The notes under the pieces: model-generated
Seen by the model: the letters and a program-made list of their open reading frames with translations, nothing else
What the model was told of the DNA's origin: nothing
Databases searched by the model: none
NCBI GenBank assembly: GCA_951406725.2
Contig: OX597818.1
Location: 108,686,001-108,750,000 of the forward strand
DNA from: Octopus vulgaris
Lineage: Eukaryota
Length of the DNA: 64,000 bases
Direction: 5' to 3'
Shown: positions 1 to 11,534 of the stretch, piece by piece
How positions within the stretch are numbered: the first letter of the stretch is position 1
Layout of the letters: every line of letters begins with the position of its first letter
Position numbers and translations under genes: made by a program

Positions 1-975
1 ACTTTTCTCTCAGGGCGCTTACACTCTGTCGTATATGCACACAAACATTACTCATCCAGCAGAGCATACTGGCTTCATTCCTTGCAAGCTTATACATGTC
101 CTCAGCAGTCATAGCCCATGTTTCACTGCCATGTTGCATGGCTGTTCGCACACATGCATCATACAGTCTGCCTTTTACTCTGAGCAAGAGGCCCTTTGTC
201 ACCAGCAGAGTTAAGAGCTCTCTGAACTTTGCTCAGGTTATTCTTATTCTAGCAGTTACATTTTCAGAGCATCCACCACTGCTACTGACTTGGTCTCCTA
301 GGTAACGGAAGATATCAACTATTTCTAGTTTTTCTCCCTAAAATGTGACAGAAGCTGTTCTCTGCACATTTTCTGTGTTTATAGCACCTGAGCATTTGTC
401 ACATACAAAATTTATCTTCCCCGTTAGCCTTCCTTTGACATTGATGCACCTCTTATGTGTCCATAGCTTACACTGGGTATAGCTTATGGAGTTTCTACTT
501 ATGCCTTTTCTACAGATCGAGCAGGGCCATCTACCTGATGCGATTTGTGGTTTGTCTGCCTTTCTACTTATTAAGACTTTGGTTTTAGCTAGGTTGACTC
601 TAAGGCCCTTCAATTCTAATCCTTGCTTCCACACCTGAAACTTCTCCTCTAGTTCTGATAGTGACTCAGCAATTAGAGCAAGGTCATCAGCATAGAGGAG
701 CTCCCAGGGGCATCCTGTCTTGAATTCCTCTGTTATTGCCTGGAGGACTACGATGAATAAGAGGGGGCTGAGGACTGATCCTTGGTGGACCCCTATCTCT
801 ACTCAGAATTCTTCACTGTACACATTGCCAACCCACACCTTATTGACAGCATCCCTGTACATGGCTTGCACAGCTCTCACTAACCATTCATCTATCCCTA
901 GTTTCCTCATTGACCACCAGATAAGGAGTCGGGGGACCCTGTCAAAGGCTTTCTTTCTGTCAACAAAAGCCAGCT
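1..975 (-). mobile_element. RTE-clade non-LTR retrotransposon fragment (RT core, Cys/His finger, thumb)
   Basis: Minus strand reads GVHQGSVLSPLLFI...TGCPWELLYADDLALI (YADD at ~683-694), continues into ORF 338-634, and later shows a HGSETWA thumb motif. Interrupted by stops. Confidence 0.88.
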
Positions 976-1130
976 AGAGAGGCTTATCATTATCAACAAA
1001 AGTCAAATAATGTACATAATTCTTCATCTCACAAATATAGAACTATACCTGAAATAAATTTGACTACTCTTACAAATGAGAATACTAAAAATGAACCTCA
1101 TCACTCTCAAAAATTAAGTTAAAAAAACGG

Positions 1131-1553
1131 AAAAATAATCCAGAATCCTTGTCCGGTACCTGATCAATCCCAGTGGTAGGTGGAATGTGAAGGTGGCTGT
1201 AGAAAATTTAGTAACAGTAATGAATAGTTTATCCTTATCTAATACAAGCCAAAGTTAACAAATTCACCATTCAAAATAGTTACAAGCTAAAGGGAGATAA
1301 TTGAGAAAGACTTGAAAGTCAACATAAGATCGTAATCATGTAATGTAAAGTAAATATAACAAAAAATAATCCAGAATCCTTGTCTGGTACTGACTTGATT
1401 CCAAAATCTAATCAGTTTGTGCCTGTCACGAGGCCAAATATCTCTGAAAGTTTCATCCAAATCCATTGAGCAGTTCTTGAGATATCTTATCCATGGACAA
1501 ACAAACAAACGCAACTGAAAACAATACCTCTGCTTTCACTAAGGCAGAGGTAA
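1131..1553 (-). mobile_element. Helentron/DINE-1-like non-autonomous element fragment
   Basis: Terminal hairpin ACCTCTGC-N10-GCAGAGGT (~1526-1551), then (GTTT)n and an ATCTCAAGAACTGCTCAATGGATTTGGATGAAACTTT block on minus. Internal duplication 1131-1170 / 1363-1400. Confidence 0.5.
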
Positions 1554-1570
1554 TAATAATAATAATAATA

Positions 1571-1778
1571 ATCTTACTACTGGCACAAGGCCTGAAATTT
1601 TGTGGGTGAAGGGGCTAGTTGATTGACCCCAGTGCTTGAATGGTACTTAGTTTATCAACCCAAAAGAATGAAAGCCAAAGTGGACCTTGGTAGAATTTGA
1701 ACTCAGAACATAAACGGTTGGAAGAAATATCACTAAGCATTTTGTCTGACAGGATAACAGTTCTGCCAGCTTACTACC

Positions 1779-1780
<2 letters not shown>
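1571..1780 (-). mobile_element. tRNA-derived SINE family B
   Basis: Matches copies at 8165, 8805, 15375 and 32455 (GCTGGCAGAA head, GAGTTCAAAT B box, CTTTGCCTTTCATCCTTTCGGGGTCGAT-like core). Sits within (TAA)n. Confidence 0.8.
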
Positions 1781-1813
<33 letters not shown>

Positions 1814-1982
1814 TGTAAGTCCATATGCTGTGTCAGTAGTTGAGAGGTGAATGGGTTTTGACACTTGTAGTCTCTTTAACACTTCATTGTTATTTTGTGG
1901 CAACTAGTAAAGACTTGCTAAAACGATAGGTATATACATATGCAGACATACACACACTCAATTACATCTATGTTCATGTGCC

Positions 1983-2004
1983 CACACACACACACACACG
2001 CACG

Positions 2005-2042
<38 letters not shown>
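1983..2042. repeat. (CA)n microsatellite
   Basis: Directly visible; one example of dozens of CA/TA/CT/TAA/GAT tracts. Confidence 0.95.
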
Positions 2043-2045
<3 letters not shown>

Positions 2046-2510
2046 GTTGTGCATATATATGACAAACTAAGCACCAAACATTTCAAGCCTCTGCCAAACA
2101 AGTTGGTCACAGTCAAGACTTTGGAAAGAAATCAAAAAATCCATTGCTGGCCACCAAATCAAGGACAAAAGGAAAAATAATGTCTTAAATTCAAGAATTG
2201 CTGTTTTAACGTGTCTGCTTTATTTTTTGTAAATTATCAAAATTTCAGAAATCAATATATTTAGAACACATAAATTATCAACTGTATATAGTCATTTTCC
2301 TGTTTCTTAGACAAATATATTGGAGATCAAATATATAGAGAGGACTGACAATCTCACCTTGCGTTTTGGGGCTGCATCTTTTGCTTTAAGGGCCATAACT
2401 TTATGCTTTTTTAATTGAAAGAACTTTTCCTACATCCTGGAAAATCTGTTGAATTCTTTGATATGAAGCAAGATTTTGTCTACTTCTATCTTTTGATAAG
2501 CAAAAGATGC

Positions 2511-2717
2511 TCTTTACTCTTTTATTTGTTTCAGTCATTTGACTGTGGCCATGCTGGAGCACCACCTTTAGGCGAGCAAATCAACCCAAGGACTTATTCT
2601 TTGTAAGCCTAGTATTTATTCTATCAGTCTCTTTTGCCAAACCGCTAAGTTACGGGGACATAAACACACCAATGTCAGTTGTCAAGCGATACTGGGGGGA
2701 CAAACACAGATACACAA

Positions 2718-2765
<48 letters not shown>

Positions 2766-2942
2766 GTATGTATGTACGACAGGCTTCTTTCAGTTTCCGT
2801 CTACCAAATCCACTCACAAGGGCTTTGGTTGGCCCAAGGCTATAATAGGAGGCACTTGCTCAAGGTACCATGCCGTGGAACTGAACCCAGAACCATATGG
2901 TTGGTAAGCAAGCTACTTACCACACAACCACTCCTACGCCTA
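2511..2942 (-). mobile_element. tRNA-derived SINE family A (CORE-like box, central TA/TG microsatellite)
   Basis: Reverse complement matches the family pattern GGCGTAGGAGTGG..TGTGGTAAG...GGTTCAGT.CC...CCTTG.GCAAGTG...CCAGCATGGCC.CAGTCAAATGACTGAAAC seen at 9035, 29538 and 59108. Confidence 0.85.
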
Positions 2943-3780
2943 TGATATATAATGTAGATATATAATTTTTTTGTTGTTGTTGTTCCCTCCTAGATTAGCT
3001 CCTGTGGCAAAGAAATGTGTCCAGCTTTACAAAATTCTCCTGCATTTTATTTTCTTTCTTGTAACAGTGGTGGATCTAAATATTCTGTTCAGATTGAGTC
3101 TGTGCACCTGTATCAAAGGACAGTTATTTTAACAGAAGCACTCTATATACAGACTATGATATTTGATTTGCTATTGGTGTTCTTGTTGTTGCCATTGTTA
3201 CTATATTCAAAACTACTTATTCAAGTGTTGAGGATATTTTTGTATCAAACATCGTTCAATAAGCTGTTCACTTCACCTTTTTGTTCATTTGGTTGAATGT
3301 TTCCATTTTAAAGAATTATATTTTTTAAAATTCAATTTTGTTATTGTTGTTCTCGCATTCAGTTTTGTGGTGTTTGGTAGCCATTCCAATGTGAAAATGT
3401 AATGTGCTAAATAAAATTTTAAACGATTGTCAAACAGATCGTTTTTCTCTCTACTCCTGGTTTTCCTTAGGTAATTATAATTCTTTTAACAAGAGCTACA
3501 AAGAAAATTTCATTTGTAATGCTTCTCCCAAAGAGAGAAGGAAAATGAATCTTTCACAGAATGAGATGATGATGATGATGATGACAATAAAAAAGGATTT
3601 CTAACTCTGAGAGGAGATTGCAGTCAGTTCAGTGAAACTCAAAACTTAACTGGCACAGATTTTGTAACCCCAGAATATGTAAGGTAAAATTAGTTCTGAC
3701 AAGATTTGAATAACCTATAATCACTTCTACAAGACCAACAAAACCTATATCACAATTTATTTCACAACAATGACATTTTT

Positions 3781-3895
3781 TATTCACAACAACCACATCT
3801 AGAATCCCTATATCTATGTTCACAACAACCACATCTATAATAACATGCATATCTATATCCACAACAACCACATCTACAATAACTGCATCTACTAC
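3781..3895. repeat. Degenerate 36-39 bp minisatellite (3 units, core CACAACAACCACATCTA)
   Basis: Core repeated three times; reads TTTTS-rich on the plus strand. Confidence 0.7.
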
Positions 3896-4589
3896 AGACA
3901 AGCTAGCAGAGAAGCTAGTCAGCCGACGACTGAGTGAGAACTTGTCTGATGTCGAATTTGGCAAATAATCAAAAATAAACAAGAAAGGAAAATGGAAGCA
4001 TAAAAATTAATAAGCAACCTTTGAATAGTGAAAGGGCAAGGGCTAGAAAATGACTTTGAAACGAAAAGATGAAACAGTGAGATGGCGGCATGATAGATAA
4101 ATGGACAAAACCAGGAAATCCTGCTTTTGTAAAAATGATGACCTCCAACAGAGAAAAAAATAAAATACACTACGGAACAAAGATATGTTGCATTATATAT
4201 AAAGTGGACAAGTCATAAAAACAAGGTTCATTAATATTTTATTTTTAATCACAAAATTCAAATTAGCCTTGATCAAACTGACCATAAAAGTAATGGAAAT
4301 TACCCAGACCAAAGCTACCTTCATTGTAGTACATCTACGGAGATGTATATTTTATGTATTTGCATTTAAATTTGGATATATTTTATTGTCCTAAGCAAGT
4401 ATGGTAAAGTAGTATTTGTAATATCTTTATATCTTTTCCCTTTTTTTTTTCTCTACTTTTGACAAGGGTCTTCAGTTATATGAGGACATCATGTAGCTTT
4501 TTGGTGTTTTAGTTTATTGCTGGTATCGGATTGTTGACAGGTATGGAGATCGAAACCAGTAACAGAACCATTGAACAAATTTGTATCCT

Positions 4590-4747
4590 ACATTATTTAC
4601 ATTTGACGGATATTTGTCCTCATCTTGTTTGTTGTTAACACAATGTTTCGGCTGATATATCCTCCAGCCTTCATCAGGTGTCTTGGGGAAATTTTGAACC
4701 TGGGTTCTCATTCCTAAGGTATTTTTCAATGTTATTATTATTATTAT
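4590..4747 (-). mobile_element. Hammerhead-containing SINE-like element, copy 1 (3' part)
   Basis: Homologous to 25250-25400, 53460-53610 and 55385-55535. The upstream arm TATTCAGGTCACTG reappears at ~5245-5258, beyond the Dong insertion. Confidence 0.85.
4637..4682 (-). ncRNA. Minimal type I hammerhead ribozyme motif
   Basis: GACAC-CTGATGA-A-GGCTG(GAGGATATAT)CAGCC-GAAA-C-ATT-GTGTT. Stems I and II are intact; ATT instead of the consensus GTT is a CpG-type change. Confidence 0.65.
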
Positions 4748-5215
4748 CTTATGTTTGACTTTTGCTTTACATTTGTACAAGCTGGTTCCAAGTCTCACCC
4801 AGAGACCTCAAGAGACAAGTTGGAAGTTCATGTTGGTATTATGCCTAGGGTGCCATATTTTTAGTTTTGTACATAGTGTTCTGGAGAATGTTTAAAAAAC
4901 CATTAGAAAATTATGTTTGTTTTAAAACTTGAGATTACATAGTAAGTATTTTGCGTAGGATATGGGCAGTTCCCATGAGTACTATCTTTTGAATTTCTGC
5001 CATTTTGGGGTTTCCTGGTATCTGAGCTATGTAGCAATCAGCCCCTTTTGCTCTCATTCCTAGGGCACCTGTGACAACAGGTATTGTTTTAGTCTTCTGG
5101 TTCCACATTTTGCTAATTTCTATTTCAAGATCTTTATATTTGCTCAGTTTTTGGTAGGTCTTGACAGATACGTTTATATCGATTGGGACAGTCATATCAA
5201 TGAGGAGGCATGATT
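4748..5215 (-). mobile_element. R4/Dong-clade LINE 3' fragment (restriction-like endonuclease C-terminus plus 3' UTR)
   Basis: LLIDMTVPIDINVSVKTYQKLSKYKDLEIEISKMW...IPVVTGALG...IQKIVLMGTAHILRK matches the R4/Dong RLE end. Flanked on both sides by (TAA)n, the known Dong target. Confidence 0.85.
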
Positions 5216-5554
5216 TTTATTATAATTATTATTATTATAATTATTATTCAGGTCACTGGTTATTTCTATGGACGAGGTTACCATTTCCTAAAGAGGAATT
5301 GTTATGAATTGTAAGCAGTAACAACACTGTGGAATGGATGAGTAGTTTTGTTGGTTTGCAGAGTTAAGTTCAATTCTTCTCTGCAAAAACAGCAAATCAG
5401 ATCAGTTGTCCTGTCTGGCAGAAGATATTAGCCTTGTCTGCTTCATGCCACAGAAACCAGAATTGAAGCACTTGGTCAAAGGAAACATGAACTTCCACAA
5501 GAGGAAACAGTAAGGAGAAATATATGAAGCTTTTGGATTTATACTCATGACTTA

Positions 5555-5755
5555 CTGGCCATAATCCAGTTCAAATATTCGACCTGTTTTTATGCTCAAA
5601 CCATCCTGATCCAGAGTCCTGCAGCTGTCCTACAATATAATTTAAAAAGTGAACAATCACATCATCAAAATCTCGATGCTACGAGATTATACAGGATTCA
5701 TTCAAAATGATGAGAATAAATAAGCAATAAGGAATCTGGATGCTAAAGGGTTAAA
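5555..5755. mobile_element. TTAA-ended MITE family (piggyBac-like), partial
   Basis: Ends ATGCTAAAGGGTTAA; body matches copies at 21347, 42225 and 52464. Confidence 0.6.
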
Positions 5756-7254
5756 TGAACAAGCATTGATGAAAAATTTTTTAATTAAAATATTGATTTT
5801 ACTCTTCATACTGAATCCATTTCGTAGAAAAGAAACTTTGTGGGGAAAATATGCAAGGAGAAAGAATTAATTTAAGACTTAACAGCAGAGTTTCAAAATA
5901 ATGGCTTTGTCTTGATTTGTAAATAATTCCCATGTAAAAGTATCTTTACATGCATTCTTACCGAAGATGAGAATGATGAGTGAATAGTTTACAAAGATAA
6001 GACTTGATGTCAGTCTTGGTAGACTTATGTGGATAAAGAATAAACAGGTTTCATGAAACTCTCAGCATGTATTTAAATGATTTCTACATCACAGTAAGAA
6101 TTTGCATATTATTTGTGTCTGGATTAAAACAGATGTGTATATAAGGAAGGAGTGGGGTAGCATTTGAAATTGTATATGAATTTGATAAACCTTGATATTG
6201 TTCAGTTCTATATTGTTTATTTCCTGGGTCAGCTGTAATCAGAGCCTGGGGTGCCATGTGCTAGGGGGAACCAAGGAGTGCATGACAAAGACAAGGAAAT
6301 TTCCATGACCATCAGTTTGTACACACTGAAGTTCAGCTTGCCTGGGGCACTCGACACCCTAGGGCTGGCCATGGGGGTCATCTATTAGATCTTGGATCAA
6401 ATGCATTCCAGCTATGACCATACTGCCTTTTATTCAAACGTGGAGTGTTTATCCAATTCTGTTATCCAATTTCTTCTTCCTTTGAAGAAGATTTGGTTGC
6501 TATCTCTAGCATGTTAAAACACCATATCAAGCCTGTTTATTGATGTTCTGTATAGTAATAGTTATTGTGTAGGTCCAGTCCAGCCCTGAAAAAGTGGACA
6601 TGTGGTCAAAGATTTCAATGGAAGTCAACCTTTTCTTTTTCTCAGGTGTTTTGAGAATTGCATTACCTAAGGTGTCCATTTTTTAAAGATTGTAAAGTGT
6701 GATTGAGGGAGATTTGGCTGCTATTCCTTGCAAGTTGAACATTGTGTGCAGAGTCTCCATTGTTGAATCACATTTTCATTGTTCCCTTGATTCATTTAAC
6801 TGGTGACAGTGACTTCGCAGTAATGTATGATTTCAAGAAATATGACTGTCATAATAATCTTTTTTAGTTTAAGTGACATGTTCTGATTTAAACATTTTGA
6901 AGAAAAAGCAAGTCTTCCCTTGAAGATGATAAAATTCCTTGTCACAATAGAACCATCAAGAAAGCAACACAATAAAAACCCAGTGGGACATGCAAGCACC
7001 TCATCAATTTTGCTTGAGTCAGGGTGTGATGTGACAGCTGAAAAACCAGAGATAAAACCAGAATCTCTCAAAAGACAAAATACTTCAAGAAATTTATTGA
7101 AGCTAGGACTTGTGTAGAATATGTATTATGCAAAGAGGAGGTTTCATTATATTAAATCTTATAATAAACAACATTTTATGATTTTCATTTAATAACAATA
7201 AATTTTGGTATCTAATGAGGCAGCACCATCAAAAGAATGGTTGAAGCCAGCCCC

Positions 7255-7535
7255 ATCCCTACCCCGGCTGGTTCCTGTGCCAGTGGCATGTAAAAAGCAC
7301 CATCCAATTGTGGCCTATGCCAGTGCTGCATGACTGGCTCCCATACCGGTGACACATAAAAAGCACCTGCTACACTCTTGGAGTGGTTGGCATTAGGACG
7401 GGTATCCAGCTGTAGAAACATTGCCAGATCAGATTGGAGCCTGGTGCAGTTTACTGGCTTGCCGTCCCTCAGTCAAACCATCCAACCCGTGCCAGTCTGG
7501 AAAATGGATGTTAGACGATGATGATGCTGATGATG
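7255..7535 (+). mobile_element. RTE 3' UTR fragment with (GAT)n tail
   Basis: GTGCC.GTGGCA..TAAAAAGCACC units, a GGAGTGGTTGGCATTAGGA.GGG.ATCCAGCTGTAGAAAC block and a GATGAT tail, as in 59700-60317. Confidence 0.8.
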
Positions 7536-8164
7536 ACATCGGCGTGTTTCGATTTTCATGTCTGCATTTGTGGCTGTGTGGAAGAAACCAAAATTGCTGC
7601 CTCATTAGATACCAAAAATGGAATTGACTTAGTATCGTTGGCCTTTGCTCTCCTTAAATGGTATGTTTGGAAACAAACAAACATCTCATTACACTCCAGA
7701 ATCCACATTTATCGATAATCCGTATCACTTATACTGGGCTGTGAGAGCAAATAATGGACATCACTTCTGAGCAATTTGGTTGTGTTGTAAGTTGTTCAAA
7801 TAGAACAGCCATGTAGAATCCTTGCTTCTTCCAAGATTAACCATCTGTGAAATGATCGGATTTTTTGAAGTTGCTGTTGACAGGCAGCCATTTCTGAATT
7901 CATTCAGAAACAGCAGTTGTATTCCGTATGATCAAGTGAATCAAACTGACCCTTCCATGTTGCTATAGCGACTACACAAACAAGTTTGCTGCCTTAAGAA
8001 TGTCAAATAAAAGAAGGCCAGCAATGATCAAAACGGAAATGTGTGGCACCAAAATTAATTTTACTCTCACGTGTTCTGGTTTCCATCTGACTGCAAAGCA
8101 TTTTGGATGTGAATGTCTTCTGTTGCAGCATTTAGTTGATCGAAATTGCAGAAATTGCAGAAAG

Positions 8165-8394
8165 GTGGCGAGCTGAGAGAAACGTTAGCACGCCGGGCGA
8201 TATGCTTAGTGGTATTTCATCTGCTGCTATGTTGTGAGTTCAAATTCTGCCATGGTCGACTTTGCCTTTCATCCTTTCGGGGTCGATTAAATAAGTACCA
8301 GTTACGCACTGGGGTCGATATAATCGACTTAATCCGTTTGTTTGTCCTTGTTTGTTCTCTCTGTGTTTAGCCCCTTGTGGGCAATAAAGAAATA
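8165..8394 (+). mobile_element. SINE family B with 15-bp target-site duplication
   Basis: TSD AGAAATTGCAGAAAG at 8150-8164 and 8395-8409. Confidence 0.9.
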
Positions 8395-8804
8395 AGAAAT
8401 TGCAGAAAGCCATCGTGTGTGTTTGTGTGTATGTCAGAGAGAGAGAGAGATGTCCATAATGCCCCATAACTTGGTTTGACAAACAGCAAATAGAGAAGAC
8501 ACAATAAGACCGCATGGTAATGAAGCATGGCCACAGTCCAATGACCGAAAGCAGTAAATAAACTTGTGGGTGGGGGTACTATTTCACATTGATAGTTTTT
8601 GAGGTCCTGGGGTGAGTTTTTACATTTGGTAGAGGAATTGGCTTTTATAGTTGTGTGTCTTACCTGTCACTAATCCCTAGCCAATTTTGTTACTTTTGTT
8701 CAGTTAAAATGAAGTGAGTTGCTTTTACCCAGGGACTCAAAACTGTTGCAGAAGTAGGGTCCTGATTTGCAGCCAACATCAGTTTGCTAATATCAAAACT
8801 TGTG

Positions 8805-9005
8805 GCAGGTGGCAAGCTGGGCAAAATGCTTAACAGTATTTCGTCTGTCTTTACGTTCTGAGTTCAAATTCCGCCAAGGTTGACTTTGTCCTTCATCCTT
8901 TCGGAGTTGATAAATTAAGTACCAGTTGCATACTGGGGCAAGTCTAATCAACTAGGACCCTCTCCAAAAATTTTGGGTCTTGTGCCTAGTGTAGAAAAAA
9001 AAAAA
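8805..9005 (+). mobile_element. SINE family B
   Basis: GAGTTCAAATTCCGCCAAGGTTGACTTTGTCCTTCATCCTTTCGGAGTTGAT core; A-rich tail. Confidence 0.8.
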
Positions 9006-9034
9006 TAAAAGAATATCAAAAGTTGTGGTGGTGC

Positions 9035-9420
9035 ATAGGCATAGCAGTGGTTGTGTGGTAAGTAGCTTGCTTACCAACCACATGGTTCCGGGTTCAGTCC
9101 CACTGTGTGGCACCTTGGGCAATTGTCTTCTACTATAGCCTCAGGCCAACCAAAGCCTTGTGAATGGATTTGGTAGACGGAAACTGAAAGAAGCCCGTCG
9201 TATATGTATATATATATATATGTATGTGCGTGTATATGTTTGTGTATGTGTTTGTCCCTCCCAACATCGCTTCACAACCGATGCTGTGTGTTTACGTCCC
9301 CGTCACTTATCGGTTCGGTAAAAGAGGCCGATTGATTAAGTACTAGGCTTACAAAGAATAAGTTCTGGGTTGATTTGCTCGACTAAAGGTGGCATTCCAG
9401 CATGGCCACAGAGTAAAGAG
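9035..9420 (+). mobile_element. SINE family A, full length
   Basis: TGTGGTAAG A-box region, GGTTCCGGGTTCAGTCCC B-box region, CCTTGGGCAA box, central microsatellite and 3' CCAGCATGGCC. Confidence 0.9.
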
Positions 9421-9624
9421 ATGTGTAGCTTTGGTAGTGAGAATACTTGATTCATGTCTGTAAGATTTTGTGGTTTCAGTTGCTGAACCGGTTGGTGCAT
9501 TGTGGTCTTGAGCAAGGCACTTTATTTCACATTGCTCCAGTCTGCTCAGCTATTAAAAATGAGTAATCCTCTGATGAACTGGCGTCCCATCCAGGGAGGA
9601 GAATATAAACATACACATGTGTAG

Positions 9625-10311
9625 GCTTGCAAGGAATGAAGCCAGTCTGCTCCACTGGATGTGTAACGTCAGTGTGCTGGTATGGTCATGTGTTGCGTAT
9701 GGATGAGGACAGCTGTGTGAAAATGTGTCACACCCTATCAGTAGAGGGAACCTGTGGAAGAGGTAGATCCAGGAATACCTGGGATGAAGTGGTGAAGCAC
9801 AACCTTCGAACATTTGGTCTCACAGAGGAGAAGACAAGTAACTGAAACTTTTGAAGATATGCTTAAGACCTGGCAAGCCAAGTGAGACCATAACCATGGC
9901 CTATGCCAGTGCAGCATAACCAGCCCATTTAAGAGTAGCCTTCAATCATTGGACAATAAACTGTGCTTGTGAAGACCAGTTGAGGCAAGTGAAATCATTG
10001 TTGTGGTCGATGAGAGTAAAAAACCACCATTGACTGGTTGATGCCCATGCTGCCTGACTGGTCCCATGCTGGTGACATCTAAAAACCACCAACTGATCGT
10101 GGCCATTGCCTGCCTCCCCTGGCATCTGTGCTGGTGGCACGTAAAAAGCACCCACTACACTCTCAGAGTGGTTGGCGTTAGGAAGGGCATCCAGCTGTAG
10201 AAACAGTGCTAGATGAGATTGGAGCCTGGTACAGCCTCCTGGCTTGCTAGCCCTCAGTCAAACCATCCAACCCATGCGAGCATGGAAAGCGAACATTAGA
10301 CGATGATGATG
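9625..10311 (+). mobile_element. RTE ORF C-terminus plus 3' UTR
   Basis: WYGHVLRMDEDSCVKMCHTLSVEGTCGRGRSRNTWDEVVKH; ends in (GAT)n. Confidence 0.88.
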
Positions 10312-10357
10312 TGTATTATCAATCAATTGTATATCTGAAATAGAAGCACATGGCCAT

Positions 10358-10421
10358 TAGAGTCTGATGAGTCATCTGTAAGGCTAAGTGCTTCATGGAT
10401 GTGAAACCATTGGTTAGTCTA
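10358..10421 (+). ncRNA. Degenerate type I hammerhead-like motif
   Basis: TAGAGT-CTGATGA-G.CATC...GATG.-GAAA-CC(ATT)GG-TT-AGTCTA; stem I pairs 5 of 6. Confidence 0.45.
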
Positions 10422-10606
10422 TAACTGCCTATAAATATATATATATAGGTCAGACAAGCCGGTTGTGTGTTCCTTACAGAGTTATGTAGACTGACCAGTG
10501 TGAAAACTTACAAGGCCATAACAGTTGTAATATGAGGACATTGAACCAATAACAATGATGATGTCAGAACTTAAGACTGGGTAAACAGTATTTCCATTTC
10601 CCACAG

Positions 10607-10703
10607 GAAAATTGATTTCTGACATCAGCACAGAACCCCAAATTTCAGGAAGGATTATTGGAGAGATATTAGAAGTGTGGGGTGTGAATTGTTTCGACAT
10701 ACC
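10607..10703 (+). CDS. Candidate exon of an unidentified host gene
   Basis: TTTCCATTTCCCACAG acceptor and GTAAGT donor; one open frame KLISDISTEPQISGRIIGEILEVWGVNCFDI. No homology recognised. Confidence 0.3.
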
Positions 10704-11405
10704 GTAAGTCTGGATGAATATTTTGAAAGATGTATTTATTTATGTATGTATATCGACAGGGGATGCAGGGGTGGGGAGAGGTGCTTGAAGATGCTTACCA
10801 ACACTCCAGGGCTATTTTTCTTGAAATTTCCAGTTTTGATCAATTTAGTCAAAGTTATTCATAATTTGGTTTGCTTGTTTCTGTCTTTAATCTAATAATC
10901 ATATGTGTAGTAACATTTGCTTTTAATTTTCTGTCCACTTGCAGACTTCTTTAACAAACTCATTACTACTATCTCTTTTTTTTTTTTTCTGTTTTCGACA
11001 TTTTCCTAAAAATATCAGAATACACAGATACACAAAACAGTTACAAATATACTCAGCCATTTTCAAGATAACCAAAAATAAGATGATTTTGAATGAAGAG
11101 AATTCAATAATCATTCTGTTCAAATGAAAAAAAACAAAACAAAAAAAAAGATACATTTGTTGTGTTTGCTGTTGTTGATTAACTTCAGTCAGATCTGCTC
11201 AAGCAGACCCACAACATGAGGAGGACGAGGAGGTGGGAGGAGTTGAGGAAATTCTTGGAAGTAAATTAGTTTCAAAATGCAGAAACTATTTCATATTTCA
11301 GTTTGTCTGAGGCCACATTCTATGATATAGCAGCAGACATAGTTAGCTTACAGTATTTGGGCCATAGAAGACTTCTTTATAGTACCAAAGATGTGGTACC
11401 AAAGC

Positions 11406-11534
11406 ATCTCTCTTTCTCTCTCTCTCTCTCTCTCACTCCATCTCTCTCTTTCTCTCTCTCTCTCTCTTTCTCTCTCTCACTTTCTCACTCTCTCTTTCTC
11501 ACACTCTTTCTCTTTCTCCCTCCCCCCCTCTCTC
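11406..11534. repeat. (CT)n-rich polypyrimidine tract
   Basis: Directly visible. Confidence 0.9.

Noticed and set aside
683-694. CTGATGA hammerhead core on minus
   Set aside because: It is the coding sequence of the YADD motif; no GAAA or stems.
6920-7117. 65-aa ORF with a protein-like composition
   Set aside because: No recognisable motif and no clear splice borders; cannot be supported.
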